This document shows positions 1 to 11,855 of a stretch of 34,777 nucleotides of DNA, one piece after another. The stretch comes from Octopus bimaculoides (taxonomy: Eukaryota). The DNA is taken from the NCBI RefSeq assembly GCF_001194135.2, contig NC_069000.1, forward strand, positions 33,920,942 through 33,955,718. The letters run 5' to 3'. The notes beneath the pieces were generated by a model. It was not told where the DNA came from. It ran no database searches and was given only the letters and a program-made list of their open reading frames with translations. The position numbers and the translations under genes are program-made. Position 1 is the stretch's first letter, and each line of letters begins with the position of its first letter.

Positions 1-124
1 AATGAAGCAGTGAAAATCGATATCATTGATTAATGTGTATTCTCACCACCATCACCATCAACACATCATCACAATTTGTCGCTTTGTGATTATTATCATT
101 ATTGCATGTGAACTGGATGTCGTG

Positions 125-330
125 AGAGCGTCGGGCCAAAAGCGAAGGACTTAGTTGCGGGCCCTTTACGTCCTAAGTTCAAACCCTGCTGAAGTCAGCT
201 TTGCCTTTTCATCCTCCCGGGTTCGATATAATGAAGTTTAGGGTTGATTACTGTGATCGATATAATCGACTGCTCCTTTCCGCGAAAATCACCTAGTCCT
301 GCGTTATGAATCATAAAATATTGTTTTCGG
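125..330 (+). mobile_element. Diverged tRNA-derived SINE, family A
   Basis: aagttcaaaccc (B-box-like) followed by ctttgccttttcatcctcccgggttcgata, a degenerate form of the family A core. Confidence 0.5.
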
Positions 331-1675
331 GGTAACGATTGCCCCATCCAGCTTACCCCCCACACCTAAATACATCCAAATTGTGCCACCACCACACAAA
401 CACACACATATATATTTATATACAATATGTGTGTGTATGTATGTATGTATGTATGTATGCATGCATGCATCGAATGTTTGAAGAGGTGTACAGATTTTAT
501 ATATTAAGGGAAAGGAAGTAGTCAGAAAACTAGGTATTTGGGGCTTTTGTCCCTTTCAGGAATTCATCATGATGAATGCCTAAAAAGGACGATAGTGCCA
601 AATAAATAGTTTTTATCCACATCCTACCAACTTTTCTTAAAATGTGTGTGTATGTATGTACACACTTACATCTACCTGTATATAGATGCATATCTGGGTA
701 CAGGACATTGCAAACAAAGCGTAGACAATATATATATATATATATATATATAATTATGTGTATTTCTTCTATCTTAATGAATAAAAATTCTTCTGATAGA
801 ATAAATGGGTTAATAGAAACCAATGTAGCAAAGAACACAAAATAACTGTGGTTAGCACCTGTTTTTAAGGCAGGAACTCCTTGAAATTTTGGGTATTTGA
901 GTATATTTAAGAATTTAAGGATTGGAGAAAACGCATGTTATAATTGCATATAATNNNNNNNNNNNNNNNNNNNNNNNNNNNNNNNNNNNNNNNNNNNNNN
1001 NNNNNNNNNNNNNNNNNNNNNNNNNNNNNNNNNNNNNNNNNNNNNNNNNNNNNNNNNNNNNNNNNNNNNNNNNNNNNNNNNNNNNNNNNNNNNNNNNNNN
1101 NNNNNNNNNNNNNNNNNNNNNNNNNNNNNNNNNNNNNNNNNNNNNNNNNNNNNNNNNNNNNNNNNNNNNNNNNNNNNNNNNNNNNNNNNNNNNNNNNNNN
1201 NNNNNNNNNNNNNNNNNNNNNNNNNNNNNNNNNNNNNNNNNNNNNNNNNNNNNNNNNNNNNNNNNNNNNNNNNNNNNNNNNNNNNNNNNNNNNNNNNNNN
1301 NNNNNNNNNNNNNNNNNNNNNNNNNNNNNNNNNNNNNNNNNNNNNNNNNNNNNNNNNNNNNNNNNNNNNNNNNNNNNNNNNNNNNNNNNNNNNNNNNNNN
1401 NNNNNNNNNNNNNNNNNNNNNNNNNNNNNNNNNNNNNNNNNNNNNNNNNNNNNNNNNNNNNNNNNNNNNNNNNNNNNNNNNNNNNNNNNNNNNNNNNNNN
1501 NNNNNNNNNNNNNNNNNATATACACAAACATACGTACGTACATACCACCATTATGACCAACACGACAACTGCCCAACGTATATACAAACATGCGTATACT
1601 ATCATTACATATTTTATTTTTGTCCTTTTATTAAGTAGTTCGATAAATTTCTCTTCCTTTTCACCCTCTCTTTCT

Positions 1676-1691
1676 ATCCCTATCCCTCTCT

Positions 1692-1730
<39 letters not shown>

Positions 1731-2119
1731 CACCTCTTAGTATCTGCCGTTCATTCATATTTCTCCCTCTCTCTTTCTCTATCTCTCTCTCTCACCCCCT
1801 CTCTCTCTTTCGCCGTCTATCTCTTCACCTATCCTATATAAGCTTTTCGTCTTTTCCATGCTAAGCCATGTCTGCTCATCATATTCAGGCTGAGTTGAAA
1901 TCACTCTTTCTGAAATACAGAAATATGTGAGTAAAACTGTTTAACTTCAGAGAGAGAGAGAGACAGAGACAGAGAGAGAAAGAGAGAGAAAGACAGAGAG
2001 AGAGAGACAGAGAGACAGAGACAGAGACAGAGAAGGGAGGGAGAGACTGGGAAAGAGAGATAAGCAGATAGTTATATCACTCTATTGTATAATTGTGATA
2101 AAACATGTATACATTCATT

Positions 2120-2160
<41 letters not shown>

Positions 2161-2299
2161 CATACATACATACATACATACATACACACACATTTATGCA
2201 CGTATGGATGTAGATAGATAGATATGTGCATGTATATATAGAAATGTATGTGTGTATGTTTGTATATATAGATATATGTACACACACACATAAATGTGT

Positions 2300-2359
<60 letters not shown>
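1676..2359. repeat. Compound microsatellite block: (CT)n, (AG)n, (TA)n, (CATA)n, (GT)n
   Basis: Directly visible. Confidence 0.95.
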
Positions 2360-3360
2360 NNNNNNNNNNNNNNNNNNNNNNNNNNNNNNNNNNNNNNNNN
2401 NNNNNNNNNNNNNNNNNNNNNNNNNNNNNNNNNNNNNNNNNNNNNNNNNNNNNNNNNNNNNNNNNNNNNNNNNNNNNNNNNNNNNNNNNNNNNNNNNNNN
2501 NNNNNNNNNNNNNNNNNNNNNNNNNNNNNNNNNNNNNNNNNNNNNNNNNNNNNNNNNNNNNNNNNNNNNNNNNNNNNNNNNNNNNNNNNNNNNNNNNNNN
2601 NNNNNNNNNNNNNNNNNNNNNNNNNNNNNNNNNNNNNNNNNNNNNNNNNNNNNNNNNNNNNNNNNNNNNNNNNNNNNNNNNNNNNNNNNNNNNNNNNNNN
2701 NNNNNNNNNNNNNNNNNNNNNNNNNNNNNNNNNNNNNNNNNNNNNNNNNNNNNNNNNNNNNNNNNNNNNNNNNNNNNNNNNNNNNNNNNNNNNNNNNNNN
2801 NNNNNNNNNNNNNNNNNNNNNNNNNNNNNNNNNNNNNNNNNNNNNNNNNNNNNNNNNNNNNNNNNNNNNNNNNNNNNNNNNNNNNNNNNNNNNNNNNNNN
2901 NNNNNNNNNNNNNNNNNNNNNNNNNNNNNNNNNNNNNNNNNNNNNNNNNNNNNNNNNNNNNNNNNNNNNNNNNNNNNNNNNNNNNNNNNNNNNNNNNNNN
3001 NNNNNNNNNNNNNNNNNNNNNNNNNNNNNNNNNNNNNNNNNNNNNNNNNNNNNNNNNNNNNNNNNNNNNNNNNNNNNNNNNNNNNNNNNNNNNNNNNNNN
3101 NNNNNNNNNNNNNNNNNNNNNNNNNNNNNNNNNNNNNNNNNNNNNNNNNNNNNNNNNNNNNNNNNNNNNNNNNNNNNNNNNNNNNNNNNNNNNNNNNNNN
3201 NNNNNNNNNNNNNNNNNNNNNNNNNNNNNNNNNNNNNNNNNNNNNNNNNNNNNNNNNNNNNNNNNNNNNNNNNNNNNNNNNNNNNNNNNNNNNNNNNNNN
3301 NNNNNNNNNNNNNNNNNNNNNNNNNNNNNNNATGACTGAAACAAGTAAAAAGAGAGAGTA

Positions 3361-3479
3361 TATGCATATACATACATAAATACATACATACATACATACA
3401 TACATACATACACACACATACATACATAAATACATACATACATACATACATATATGAGTGTGTGTGTGTGTGTATTTGC

Positions 3480-3571
<92 letters not shown>
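3361..3571. repeat. (CATA)n/(GT)n/(TATG)n/(GATA)n compound microsatellite
   Basis: Directly visible. Confidence 0.95.
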
Positions 3572-4348
3572 CTGCAATATACCCTTTGGCTGCGTAGGAA
3601 AGAAAGGTATGCAGTGTTTACCCCGGCTAAAGTTACATTTAATAATTGAAAATATAAAACGTTGAAAATTTCAAACTCATTATAAAAACGCTAATTTAGA
3701 CCCATTATTAAAATGCTGATCTATACTTTAATTTATCATTCAGTTAATTATTATCGTTATGGTACACAGGTAAAATTATCCCGTACATTTCAACCTCACT
3801 TTGTAAACGCTAATGCTCAAAGATGTTGAACCTCGTGTGGCTCGAGGGGCGGCGGAATACATTAAAAATCGTGTGAAAAAAACCAGGATGATTTCAGTCG
3901 TTCGCTCAATGTCATAGGCACATTGCATAATGTGCAGTATATACGGATGTATTAAATCGTTTGCCACCTGTCATTGAGCTTAACATAAAGAGAATTTTAT
4001 TTCATGTGAGTGTATAAAATGGTAATGATTATATATACTTGCATACACATATACATATAAAAGTATGTATGAATATATGTATATATATACATTGTATGCA
4101 TGTATGTATGTATGTATGTATGTATGTATGTATGTATGCATGTATGTATGTAGCATGCATGTGTGCATACTCGTATAAGCAAATAGTTACTCTTTCATTA
4201 TAATATTTTATTACAAATAGTCGCAAAGCTTTCAGCTGATTTTTAAAAAATTTTTATGATTAGTAAGTACATGCTTATGCATGCATATGCACACACACAT
4301 ACACCCAGATATATAATATGTATGTATGATGATTTTCGTTACCTATCA

Positions 4349-4752
4349 GGCGCAGGAGTGGCTGTGTGGTAAGTAGCTTGCTTACCAACCACATGGTTCC
4401 GAGTTCAGTCCCACTGCGTGGCACCTTGGGCAAGTGTCTTCTACTATAGCATCGGGCCGATCAAAGCCTTGTGAGTGGATTTGGTAGACGGAAACTGAAA
4501 GAAGCCCGTCGTATATATGTATATGTATGTGTGTGTCTGTGTTTGTGTGTCTGTGTTTGTCCCCAAACATCGCTTGACAACAACCGACGCTGGTGTGTTT
4601 ACGTCCCGTAACTTAGCGGTTCGGCAAAAGAGATTCATAGAATAAGTACTAGGCTTACAAATAATAAGTCCTTGAGTCGATTTGCTCGACTAAAGGCGGT
4701 GCTCCAGCATGGCCACAGTCAAAAGACTGAAACAAGTAAAAGAGTTAAAGAG
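4349..4752 (+). mobile_element. Full-length tRNA-derived SINE, family B (internal microsatellite)
   Basis: Head ggcgcaggagtggctgtgtggtaag...gagttcagtccc, core ccttgggcaagtgtcttctactatagc, internal (TA)/(TG) tract, tail gactgaaacaagtaaaagag. Near-identical to copies at 9200-9628 and 20588-21040. Confidence 0.85.
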
Positions 4753-5170
4753 CATCAATATCTATATTAATATCTGTGTATTTAATATCTATATTCATAA
4801 AGCTATATTTCCCTCTTCATTTATCTCAGTTTCCTCTCTGTATCCATCTCCTCAGCCTACCGATTGACTTTAACTTCCTCACTTGATATCATTCTTACCC
4901 TTATTTTACTCTTGCTGTTTCCGTTTCCCTTTTCCATATCATGTCACCCGCACCACAGCTCCCCCGCGCGTATCTTTGTCTATGTAGGTTTAACAATCCA
5001 CTATCCATTTACGCGAATACTCGTATGTTCCCAATCTGTCAACTAATTCCCCATATGTTCATGCAGCCTACCCAGAAATATCGCAAATAACGTTGGGGCG
5101 TGTACACAGCCATGCTGTGTACAGGATCTGATACAAATCGGAAAAGAGACCGAGTTGTCGTGACATATAT

Positions 5171-5590
5171 CTTTTCCTACTCTAGGTTCAAGGCCCGAAA
5201 TTGTTGGGAAGGGGGCCAATCGATTAGATCGACTCCAGTGCACAACTGGTGCTTAATTTATCGACCCCGAAAGGATGACCTCGGCGGAATTTGAACTCAG
5301 AAAGTAAAGACAGACGAAATACCGCTAAGCATTTCGCCCGGCGTACTAACGTTTCTTATTTGTTTATTGCCCGCAAGAGGATAAACATAGAGGGAACAAA
5401 CAAGGACAGACGAAGGGATTAAGTCGACTACATTGACCCCAGTGCGTATCTGGTACTTAATTTATTGACCCCGAAAGGATGAAAGGCAAAGTCGACCTCG
5501 GCGGAATTTGAACTCAGAACGTAATAGCAGACGAAATACCGCTAAGCATTTCGCCCGGCGCGCTAACGTTTCTGCCAGCTCACCGCTTTA
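5171..5590 (-). mobile_element. Dimeric family A SINE with 14-bp target-site duplication
   Basis: Two tandem copies of the core gcctttcatcctttcggggtcgataaattaagtaccag joined by a linker. Flanked by gtcgtgacatatat at 5157-5170 and 5591-5604. Confidence 0.85.
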
Positions 5591-5649
5591 GTCGTGACAT
5601 ATATTGTAAAATAATCTGACTATATTCACAAATTTATCCGGATCCGGAC

Positions 5650-6175
5650 AGTTACATTTTTTGAGTTGCATCCATAACTCTTTTCCTTCTACACACTCGA
5701 AAGCTTTCATAAAGTCGATGAACCTTTTCCAGTAAACCTTTTCTTGGATTTCTCATGCCATTAGTGCTCCGAAATACACGACCGAAATGCACGAAAACTT
5801 GCGTGTTGTATTTTCGCACCGTTATCATTAAACTAGCAGGCATGCTTATGCTTGGGCAGGCAAATCAGTTCAGCAGCAGTTTTGTAAGTTTCTTCATCCA
5901 GCTGCTCCCAGTAAACATCGAATTGTGCTATGTCGGTTAACATGTTGCTCTGTCAGGTTATTCACAGTAAGTTCACATTGCACTTCGTGGTTATTTTTAG
6001 TCTGGTAACACGTAATCTTTTTGGTGCAGTTCTGCAATCTTTCTTGCACTTCGCTCTCAAAGACAAATTATATGCAGTACGTCTTAATACTTGGTCAGAG
6101 AAGCTGCCGCTCCTTCCCCAATCCACATGGCCGCTTCTATCCGCACCCAAGAGTAGCACTATTTTACAAACAGAT
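5650..6175 (-). mobile_element. Decayed RTE-clade LINE ORF fragment (post-endonuclease region to RT start, internally deleted)
   Basis: Minus-strand frames give GADRSGH...APKRLRVTRLK, WEQLDEETYKTAAELICLPKHKHAC*FNDNGAKIQ and FIDFMKAFECV..KELW. These resemble RTE motifs GADCWTDH, RKHQDWFDEND and FxDxxKAFDxV. Confidence 0.7.
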
Positions 6176-6176
6176 C

Positions 6177-6225
<49 letters not shown>

Positions 6226-6237
6226 ATGACAGAAACA

Positions 6238-6368
6238 TGATTTGTGGTTTAGTGGTTAGGGTATTCGACTCAGGATCGTAACGTCACGTGTTCTTTTTCC
6301 CGGCGGTGCGTTGAGTCCTTGAGCAAGACACTTTATTTATCGTTGCGACAGTCCATTCAGTTGGTAAA
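6238..6368 (+). mobile_element. tRNA-derived SINE head, family C
   Basis: ggtttagtggttagggtattcgact (A-box-like) then ggtgcgttgagtccttgagcaagacacttta. Similar heads occur near 11750-11855, 25163 and 27645. Confidence 0.6.
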
Positions 6369-6389
6369 GCTTATCTAAAGAGTAATATA

Positions 6390-6990
6390 TGAATCTAAAA
6401 GTCCTTCTATAATATTGAGGGTAGTTTCCTGACGAGCCATTTCACCGTTTGTTGACTAGTTTAAGGACGGCATAAAGACTACTATGAAGTCACTTGGAAT
6501 TGCTACGGATCGAGCTGGATGGCGAACAAAAGTGTGGAGTGGAGTGAAAGCGTTTGAAGAGGCCAGGATAACGCATGCAAGATTCAAGAGAGATTTAAAG
6601 AATGTTACGATCGAGAAGGTGAATCACAATGACCTTTTTGTGTGCAGTTTGTGACAGACCATTCCTTTCTTTTGTTGGGCTCAAATCTCATTTGCGAACC
6701 CATGGAAAATGAACCTCCACCAACTATTCTGTTTATATGTCTGTGCACAACTTTCAATGCAGTGTATGCCAGAAGGTTTGAAAGTCTAACGGAGGCCTCA
6801 AAAGGCGTTTTAAGATTCGCAAAGATCAGAACTTATCTGCAGTTCTTGGCGATCCAAATCGAATATGCAATCTATGTGGGTGTCTTTTCAAAACATTGTC
6901 TGGTTTAAAAAGTCAGATCAGATGCCATGAAGTTTCTAAGGTGTAGGTACAGGAGGTGGTCAAACTCTGCATAAGGAGTAGACAACTACC
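6390..6990 (+). mobile_element. RTE LINE 3' end with three C2H2 zinc fingers (decayed)
   Basis: FKDGIKTTMKSLGIATDRAGWRTKVWSGVKAFEEARI, then a frameshift, then CAVCDRPFLSFVGLKSHLRTH / CSVCQKV*KSNGGLKRRFKIR / CNLCGCLFKTLSGLKSQIRCH, with TAG at 6944-6946. A short UTR and a microsatellite follow. Confidence 0.8.
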
Positions 6991-7036
<46 letters not shown>

Positions 7037-7716
7037 CCTCATNNNNNNNNNNNNNNNNNNNNNNNNNNNNNNNNNNNNNNNNNNNNNNNNNNNNNNNNNN
7101 NNNNNNNNNNNNNNNNNNNNNNNNNNNNNNNNNNNNNNNNNNNNNNNNNNNNNNNNNNNNNNNNNNNNNNNNNNNNNNNNNNNNNNNNNNNNNNNNNNNN
7201 NNNNNNNNNNNNNNNNNNNNNNNNNNNNNNNNNNNNNNNNNNNNNNNNNNNNNNNNNNNNNNNNNNNNNNNNNNNNNNNNNNNNNNNNNNNNNNNNNNNN
7301 NNNNNNNNNNNNNNNNNNNNNNNNNNNNNNNNNNNNNNNNNNNNNNNNNNNNNNNNNNNNNNNNNNNNNNNNNNNNNNNNNNNNNNNNNNNNNNNNNNNN
7401 NNNNNNNNNNNNNNNNNNNNNNNNNNNNNNNNNNNNNNNNNNNNNNNNNNNNNNNNNNNNNNNNNNNNNNNNNNNNNNNNNNNNNNNNNNNNNNNNNNNN
7501 NNNNNNNNNNNNNNNNNNNNNNNNNNNNNNNNNNNNNNNNNNNNNNNNNNNNNNNNNNNNNNNNNNNNNNNNNNNNNNNNNNNNNNNNNNNNNNNNNNNN
7601 NNNNNNNNNNNNNNNNNNNNNNNNNNNNNNNNNNNNNNNNNNNNNNNNNNNNNNNNNNNNNNNNNNNNNNNNNNNNNNNNNNNNNNNNNATATATATTCC
7701 ATATATATATATATAT

Positions 7717-7835
7717 AAAGAGACCGATAGAATAAGTACTAGGCTTACAAACAATAAGTTCTGGGGTCGATTTGCTCGACTAAAGGCGGTGCTCCAGCAT
7801 GGCCACAGTCAAATGACTGAAACAAATAAGAGTAA
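7717..7835 (+). mobile_element. Family B SINE 3' half emerging from an assembly gap
   Basis: gagaccgatagaataagtactaggcttac...ggccacagtcaaatgactgaaacaa matches 4630-4750. Confidence 0.8.
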
Positions 7836-8749
7836 TATATAATTATGTTTATATGTGTGTATATATGCAAACCAATTGTGTTTGCATCAGCTCGCCTTCG
7901 ATTTCTCTTATAGTCCTCGGTGAAGAATTCGGAGTTTACATGGATTTTATACATATCTATCTCTCATCTATTATCTGCAAATATACATCCATACATACAT
8001 ACGTACGTATGTATGTATATATGTGTGTATGTATAAAATGATGAGCCACCAAAATATTTGCATATATATGCATGTATGTATGTGTATATATTTATACTTT
8101 ATGTGTATGTGTGTACGTGTTTACGCGCGCACACACACACGCACGCACACACATGAAATTCTGGTGATATGTTTTATGACGCAAGATTATTGGTACATAC
8201 AGTTAGTGTTCATGTTGACTTGCTGCCTAAAACACCAACTTAGCCTGCAGCTACAACAGGATGTTATAGCAGCCCAGTTGACGATTGGTTATAGGCAGTG
8301 TTTCAATGGAGTTGGTACGTGTGTAATAGAATACACGTGCAAACAGACAAACAACTAGTGCCAGGTCAGGTTATGACACTTGTATAATGAAGCATGAGGA
8401 TTGAGTTGTTACATGCGTATTGATCACCCCTCCCAATCTTCTATTCCATAGCAAATACTATATCGAGCATATACCCCAACCTAACACTAAACGCAAGTGC
8501 ACACATATGATTGATAACCTCACGGTCGAAAATTAGATGCACACAAAAAACACGAATGCCACAATCTCACGATTACCTAATAAAAATGGGAGGAGAAATA
8601 TACTTTGGTGTACACCCCACACCTTCTCCTTAAGAGCTTACCTAAGCACTTATTTTATTTTTATTTTATTTATTTATCTATTTGTTGCATTATTAAATCC
8701 AACACAAGAACCATTCAGTTGAGATGATGATTTCTTTTAATGATGGTTT

Positions 8750-8952
8750 CAAATTTTGCCACAAGGGCAGTAATTAAGGGGGAGGGGTGAGTCAATTACA
8801 TTGACCCAGTGTTCAACTGGTACTTCTTTTATCGAGCTCGAAAGGATGAAAGGTAAAGTCGACCACGGCGAAATTTGAACTCAAAACATAGCGACGGGCG
8901 AAATACCGCTAAGCATTTCGTCCAGAGCGCTAAAGATTCTGCCAGCTCTCCG

Positions 8953-8955
<3 letters not shown>
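8750..8955 (-). mobile_element. Monomeric family A SINE
   Basis: Reverse complement reads aggcggagagctggcagaatc...gagttcaaatttcgcc...cctttcatcctttcgagctcgataaaag. Confidence 0.8.

Positions 8956-8956
<1 letters not shown>

Positions 8957-9015
<59 letters not shown>
8957..9015. repeat. (AAT)n microsatellite
   Basis: Directly visible. Confidence 0.95.
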
Positions 9016-9017
<2 letters not shown>

Positions 9018-9028
9018 TATTATATATA

Positions 9029-9747
9029 GGCACAGGAGTGGCTGTGTGGTAACTTGCTTACCAACCACATGGTTCCGGGTTCAGTCCCACTGCATGGCAC
9101 CTTGGGCAAGTGTCTTCTACTATAGCCTCGGGCCGACCAAAGCCTTGTGAGTGGATTTGGTAGACGGAAACTGAAAGAAGCCCGTCGTATATATGTATAC
9201 TTTTTTACTCTTTTACTCTTTTACTTGTTTCAGTCATTTGACTGTGGCCATGCTGGAGTTCCGCCTTTAGTCGAGCAAATCGACCCCAGGACATATTCTT
9301 TGGAAGCCTAGTACTTATTCTATCGGTCTCTTTTGCTGAACCGCTAAGTTACGGAGACGTAAACACACCAGCATTGCTTGTCAAGCGATGCTGAGGGGAC
9401 AAACACAGACACACAAACATATAGACACACACACACATATATATATATATATACATACATATATACGACGAGCTTCTTTCAGTTTCCGTCTACTAAATCC
9501 ACTCACAAGGCTTTGGTCGGCCCGAGGCTATAGTAGAAGACACTTGCCCAAGGTGCGACGCAGTGGGACTGAACCCGGAACCATGTGGTTGGTAAGCAAG
9601 CTACTTACCACGCAGCCACTCCTACGCCTATATGTATATATATGTGTCTGTGTTTGTTCCCCCAACATCGCTTGACAACCGAAACTGGTGTGTTTACGTC
9701 CCCGTAACTTAGCGGTTCCGCAAAAGAGACCGATAGAATAAGTACTA
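9029..9747 (+). mobile_element. Family B SINE interrupted by a second, inverted family B copy
   Basis: The head (9029-9199) and the 3' half (9629-9747, running into a gap) are collinear with 4349-4752. Confidence 0.85.
9200..9628 (-). mobile_element. Full-length family B SINE nested in the opposite orientation
   Basis: Complete reverse complement of the family B sequence, flanked by tatatgtata at 9190-9199 and 9629-9638. Confidence 0.85.
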
Positions 9748-11539
9748 NNNNNNNNNNNNNNNNNNNNNNNNNNNNNNNNNNNNNNNNNNNNNNNNNNNNN
9801 NNNNNNNNNNNNNNNNNNNNNNNNNNNNNNNNNNNNNNNNNNNNNNNNNNNNNNNNNNNNNNNNNNNNNNNNNNNNNNNNNNNNNNNNNNNNNNNNNNNN
9901 NNNNNNNNNNNNNNNNNNNNNNNNNNNNNNNNNNNNNNNNNNNNNNNNNNNNNNNNNNNNNNNNNNNNNNNNNNNNNNNNNNNNNNNNNNNNNNNNNNNN
10001 NNNNNNNNNNNNNNNNNNNNNNNNNNNNNNNNNNNNNNNNNNNNTATATTGATAGAAAGGACAACAAAAGAAAGAAAGAGACCTCGATATTATGTAAATA
10101 GAGGAATTTATCTGTAAAAATATGTGACACTTATTCGGTAGCCATGATAAAACTCCGAGTTTCGGATGCCGGGTCGGGAACCCACGCCAACATCTCTTCA
10201 GTTATCCGGCCATTTAAAATTCCTGAGAAAAATAACCGTTAAACAAAGGAAAATTACTGTGTGATTCACCGTTATTAAGACAAAAGGGCTACAGACCGCT
10301 AAGTAAGGGAAGGGAGTAAAGGTAAGGAGATAGAAAAGTGTATAGTGTTCGCGTAAGCGCACCAATCCGTACATTCGCCTATATGTATATACTAAACCAC
10401 CCCCGCTTGAAACACACACATGCTCACCCACATACTCGCCAAAAACTATACATACATATACACATATATACCCGCATACACGGGTACATCCGCCTACACA
10501 CCCACACACACACGCACTCAACAGCCTCGCACCCATACACACGCACGCAAAAAAAAAACAACGCAAAAACCATAGGGCTTGAAGCAAATTACAGAAGTTG
10601 TTTCACACCTGTTGATGTTGTTGAAATTTCAATGAAGGAGCCTTGGATCTAGGTCAGAAACCGGCTCTTTCTCTATCGGCAGGAAATCTTGAATTAAAGC
10701 TGAATAATAACATATATTTGTGCACAATTCGATTCACACTCAAAAACCTATTGGGAAGTGATGCTTTCCTTAAAGCAATTGTTCATGGACACTGAATTTA
10801 AATGTAGGATTAGTTTAAAATGTCTAATTATGAGTGAGAAAGTAATTCATGCATGATTGAACAGTAAGAAACGACAGACATTCACATAAACACATTGGCA
10901 CTCATACACACAAACACCTACATACATGCACACATCTATGAATGTACATATACATACATAAATATATTTATTTATTATTCTTAAACAAGAAAATTATTGA
11001 TAGTAACTTCGAAGCGTCGGTCAGTTAAGTCATCGTCGGACTGCGATGCATTTATATAATCTCAAATGTATGTAAGTAGTGGCATGTTTTAGCTGGTCAG
11101 TTTCATTACTTGTTGTTATTTAAGGTAATTCCTGTTTTTTATAATATATTTTAAAATACCCACACTTGAAGCAGAATTGAAGAAGTATTTATAAACGTAT
11201 AGCCCACAAACTCTACCTCCATCATACACAAGAGTTTAACACGTGTTAATCAAATTGCTTACAGAACAAGGAGCCCCTAGACCGAAACATACCGGCCAAT
11301 AACCTTTACACCTACCCACATTCACTTGTGAACATCAAAGCACAAGATAAACAATTTTATATACTAAGACCATGACATGCCGGAATAATAACCCCCACCG
11401 TCCAAATATGTTCCTATAAACTAGCAGTTTGGCAAAAGAGACCGACAGAATAAGCACCGGGCTTTAAAAAAAGCACCTATGATTGATTCGTTCGATTAAA
11501 CTACTTCAGCATGGCCGTAATCTAATGACAGAAACAAAG

Positions 11540-11598
<59 letters not shown>

Positions 11599-11639
11599 GT
11601 AGATAGATATCACTGTATTAGGTGTTTTACACCGCTAAT

Positions 11640-11855
11640 CCTAATGCGCTTCCTTGAATTGTAGCTTTCAAATGATGCTGATATTCCTTTGAATGGAATG
11701 CCAATCCGTCGCAGGGTTAGCCATTCACAGCTGAGTGACAGTGGCCTTGAGTAACCCAATGAAATGAAGTGTTTGCTCAAGGACACAACGCACCGCTGGC
11801 CTGGGGATCGAAACCACGATCTTGCGATCGTGAATGCGGCACTCTAACTACTAGG
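11640..11855 (-). mobile_element. tRNA-derived SINE with family C-like head
   Basis: Reverse complement: gtggcctagtagttagagtg...gtggtttcgatcc...cggtgcgttgtgtccttgagcaaacacttcatttc, then aaccctgcgacggattggcattcc. Confidence 0.6.

Noticed and set aside
545-660. Acceptor-like tttgtccctttcAG as a possible upstream exon
   Set aside because: No convincing donor or coding signal follows; it cannot be supported without transcripts.
907-3577. Long ORFs of 200-500 aa in the track (also around 7000, 9528, 13800, 30013)
   Set aside because: They span N-runs and microsatellite translations (YIYI, THTH, CVCV), so they are not genes.
4349-4420. tRNA-like A/B boxes as tRNA genes
   Set aside because: They are SINE heads continuing into repeated bodies, and I see no complete cloverleaf.
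5101-5123. 10-bp perfect hairpin tgtacacagc-cat-gctgtgtaca
   Set aside because: Short, isolated and plausible by chance in 35 kb.
6642-6908. Zinc-finger region as a host C2H2 gene exon
   Set aside because: It contains in-frame stops, has no splice sites and is continuous with RTE C-terminal sequence.
8957-9015. Regularly spaced repeats as a CRISPR-like array (also 16799-16906 and 27993-28057)
   Set aside because: Eukaryotic context and head-to-tail tandem units with no unique spacers.
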